The notes under the pieces: model-generated
The model's input: only the letters and a program-made list of their open reading frames with translations
Database searches by the model: none
What the model was told of the DNA's origin: nothing
Shown here: positions 48,021 to 48,901 of the stretch, piece after piece
How the letters are laid out: the number at the start of each line of letters is the position of its first letter
How positions within the stretch are numbered: the first letter of the stretch is position 1
Translations under genes and position numbers: made by a program
DNA from: a virus
Length of the DNA: 48,901 nucleotides
Reading direction: 5' to 3' (one strand)
IMG/VR virus record: IMGVR_UViG_3300040801_000836
Location: 1 to 48,901 of that record

Positions 48021-48299
48021 TTACAGTCCTGCCAAAAGATCATCAAGATCTTCCGCTTCTTCTGTCTTCTCTTCTTCCATCTCTTCAGGCTCGTCATCTC
48101 TAAGCACCATCTCATTCAAGGTGACAAGGTTACCTGAAAGTTCATTGATCCGTAATGCTACGCCGAGGGGTGCTTCCTTCTCACCACTCATAACCTTTGA
48201 CAATGCCTGTCGGGTTATGTGTATGCCCTCTTCTTCCAGTTGCTTTGCTAGTGCCGTGGCCTTCATGTTCTGTGCCTCACACCAATCGCCTATTCTCAT
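48021..48299 (-). CDS. Cro/XRE-like helix-turn-helix DNA-binding protein with an acidic tail (92 aa)
   Basis: KATALAKQLEEEGIHITRQALSKVMSG fits an HTH. C-terminal EDLDDLLAGL. Confidence 0.7.
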   Translation of the reverse strand: MRIGDWCEAQNMKATALAKQLEEEGIHITRQALSKVMSGEKEAPLGVALRINELSGNLVTLNEMVLRDDEPEEMEEEKTEEAEDLDDLLAGL

Positions 48300-48901
48300 T
48301 CTCCTGCCCTCCGTTGTAAAAGTTTTTCTGTTGGAGAAAATCTCCAGAACCTCTGACCGCTTGTTCGGGTACTATTTACCCTCCATCCTGTTATCTCGTA
48401 TACATCTTGAACACACCTTCCTAACTTCGCACCAAACTGCTTGACGTTTCGTGGTATGTCATAAGCTTCTATCTCTATGTTAACCTTGCACACTGTTACT
48501 ATTGTGCCTGCACGGTCTGATACAAACTCTTTGAAATCGCTGAACAGATCGTGTGGTATAACATTTACCACCTTCGGAACATCAAACAGTTTAGATTCGG
48601 TTATCCAAGCACAAAGCAACGCCACCCAATTGTCTTGAAGTGCTTCGCTTACTTCATCACTTATCTGTCTGGCTAACACAATCTCTTCTTGATCTTCATC
48701 TGATAACAACTCGAACCCCGGAGCTAAATTCATCCTTAACGTCGCCTCTATCTTAGCGTGTATGCCCCATAGCTTACGGTCATTGACTGACTTACCTTCT
48801 TTCCTTAGCCTGTTGATTCTGCGTATCACTTTGGATATGAACAGTAACATGCCTGCCCGGATACGTGGACTCCGCTCTTTCCACAGTTCAAACAGATCCC
48901 C
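48296..48901 (-). CDS. C-terminal part of the primase-helicase ORF (continuation of 1..2409; 48785..48901 duplicates 1..117)
   Basis: The same frame stays open through the overlap. Stop at 48296..48298. ATGA-type overlap with the HTH gene start. Confidence 0.7.
   Translation of the reverse strand, partial: GDLFELWKERSPRIRAGMLLFISKVIRRINRLRKEGKSVNDRKLWGIHAKIEATLRMNLAPGFELLSDEDQEEIVLARQISDEVSEALQDNWVALLCAWITESKLFDVPKVVNVIPHDLFSDFKEFVSDRAGTIVTVCKVNIEIEAYDIPRNVKQFGAKLGRCVQDVYEITGWRVNSTRTSGQRFWRFSPTEKLLQRRAGE

Noticed and set aside
1-48901. Interpreting the palindrome family as a CRISPR array
   Set aside because: Copies are 15-16 nt, spaced irregularly from 46 nt to about 3 kb, lie at gene junctions and inside genes, and no cas genes are present.
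1-48901. tRNA/tmRNA genes, integrase/attP, a CI-type repressor cassette, a phage RNA polymerase
   Set aside because: I looked for cloverleaf-like segments in the non-coding regions and for the characteristic protein motifs in the ORF set, and none was found. Absence cannot be proven by eye.

Overview
The window is a complete, circularly closed genome of a tailed dsDNA phage. The unit length is 48,784 bp, because bases 1..117 are repeated exactly at 48785..48901. It has two divergent gene blocks. (1) A rightward packaging, structural and lysis block (9581..37862, + strand) holds small terminase, a 3.6-kb accessory island, large terminase, portal, scaffold, major capsid, adaptor/nozzle-like and internal-virion-like proteins (one of 2057 codons), a fibre, three tandem receptor-binding paralogues and an M15 endolysin. 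(2) A leftward replication/early block (6333 down to 1, continuing from 48784 down to 37908, - strand) holds a MoxR-type AAA ATPase with a VWA/metallopeptidase partner, a primase-helicase that spans the window junction, an HTH protein, a PD-(D/E)XK nuclease, a gp2.5-like SSB, family A DNA polymerase, VRR-NUC, an SNF2 helicase and small Zn-finger/Myb-like proteins. Between the blocks lie a monocistronic Ala/Lys-repeat (histone H1-like) gene and a 1.7-kb ORF-poor region packed with several repeat families. I found no integrase, repressor cassette, phage RNA polymerase, tRNA or CRISPR array. The most striking signal is a 7+7 inverted repeat, AACTAAC-N(1-2)-GTTAGTT. It has 39 perfect copies plus 3 degenerate ones. 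It sits at almost every non-overlapping gene junction on both strands, and in frame (as T-N-x-L-V) inside 7 large ORFs. I do not recognise it as any described element. All functional calls come from motifs read by eye and from synteny; no database search was possible.
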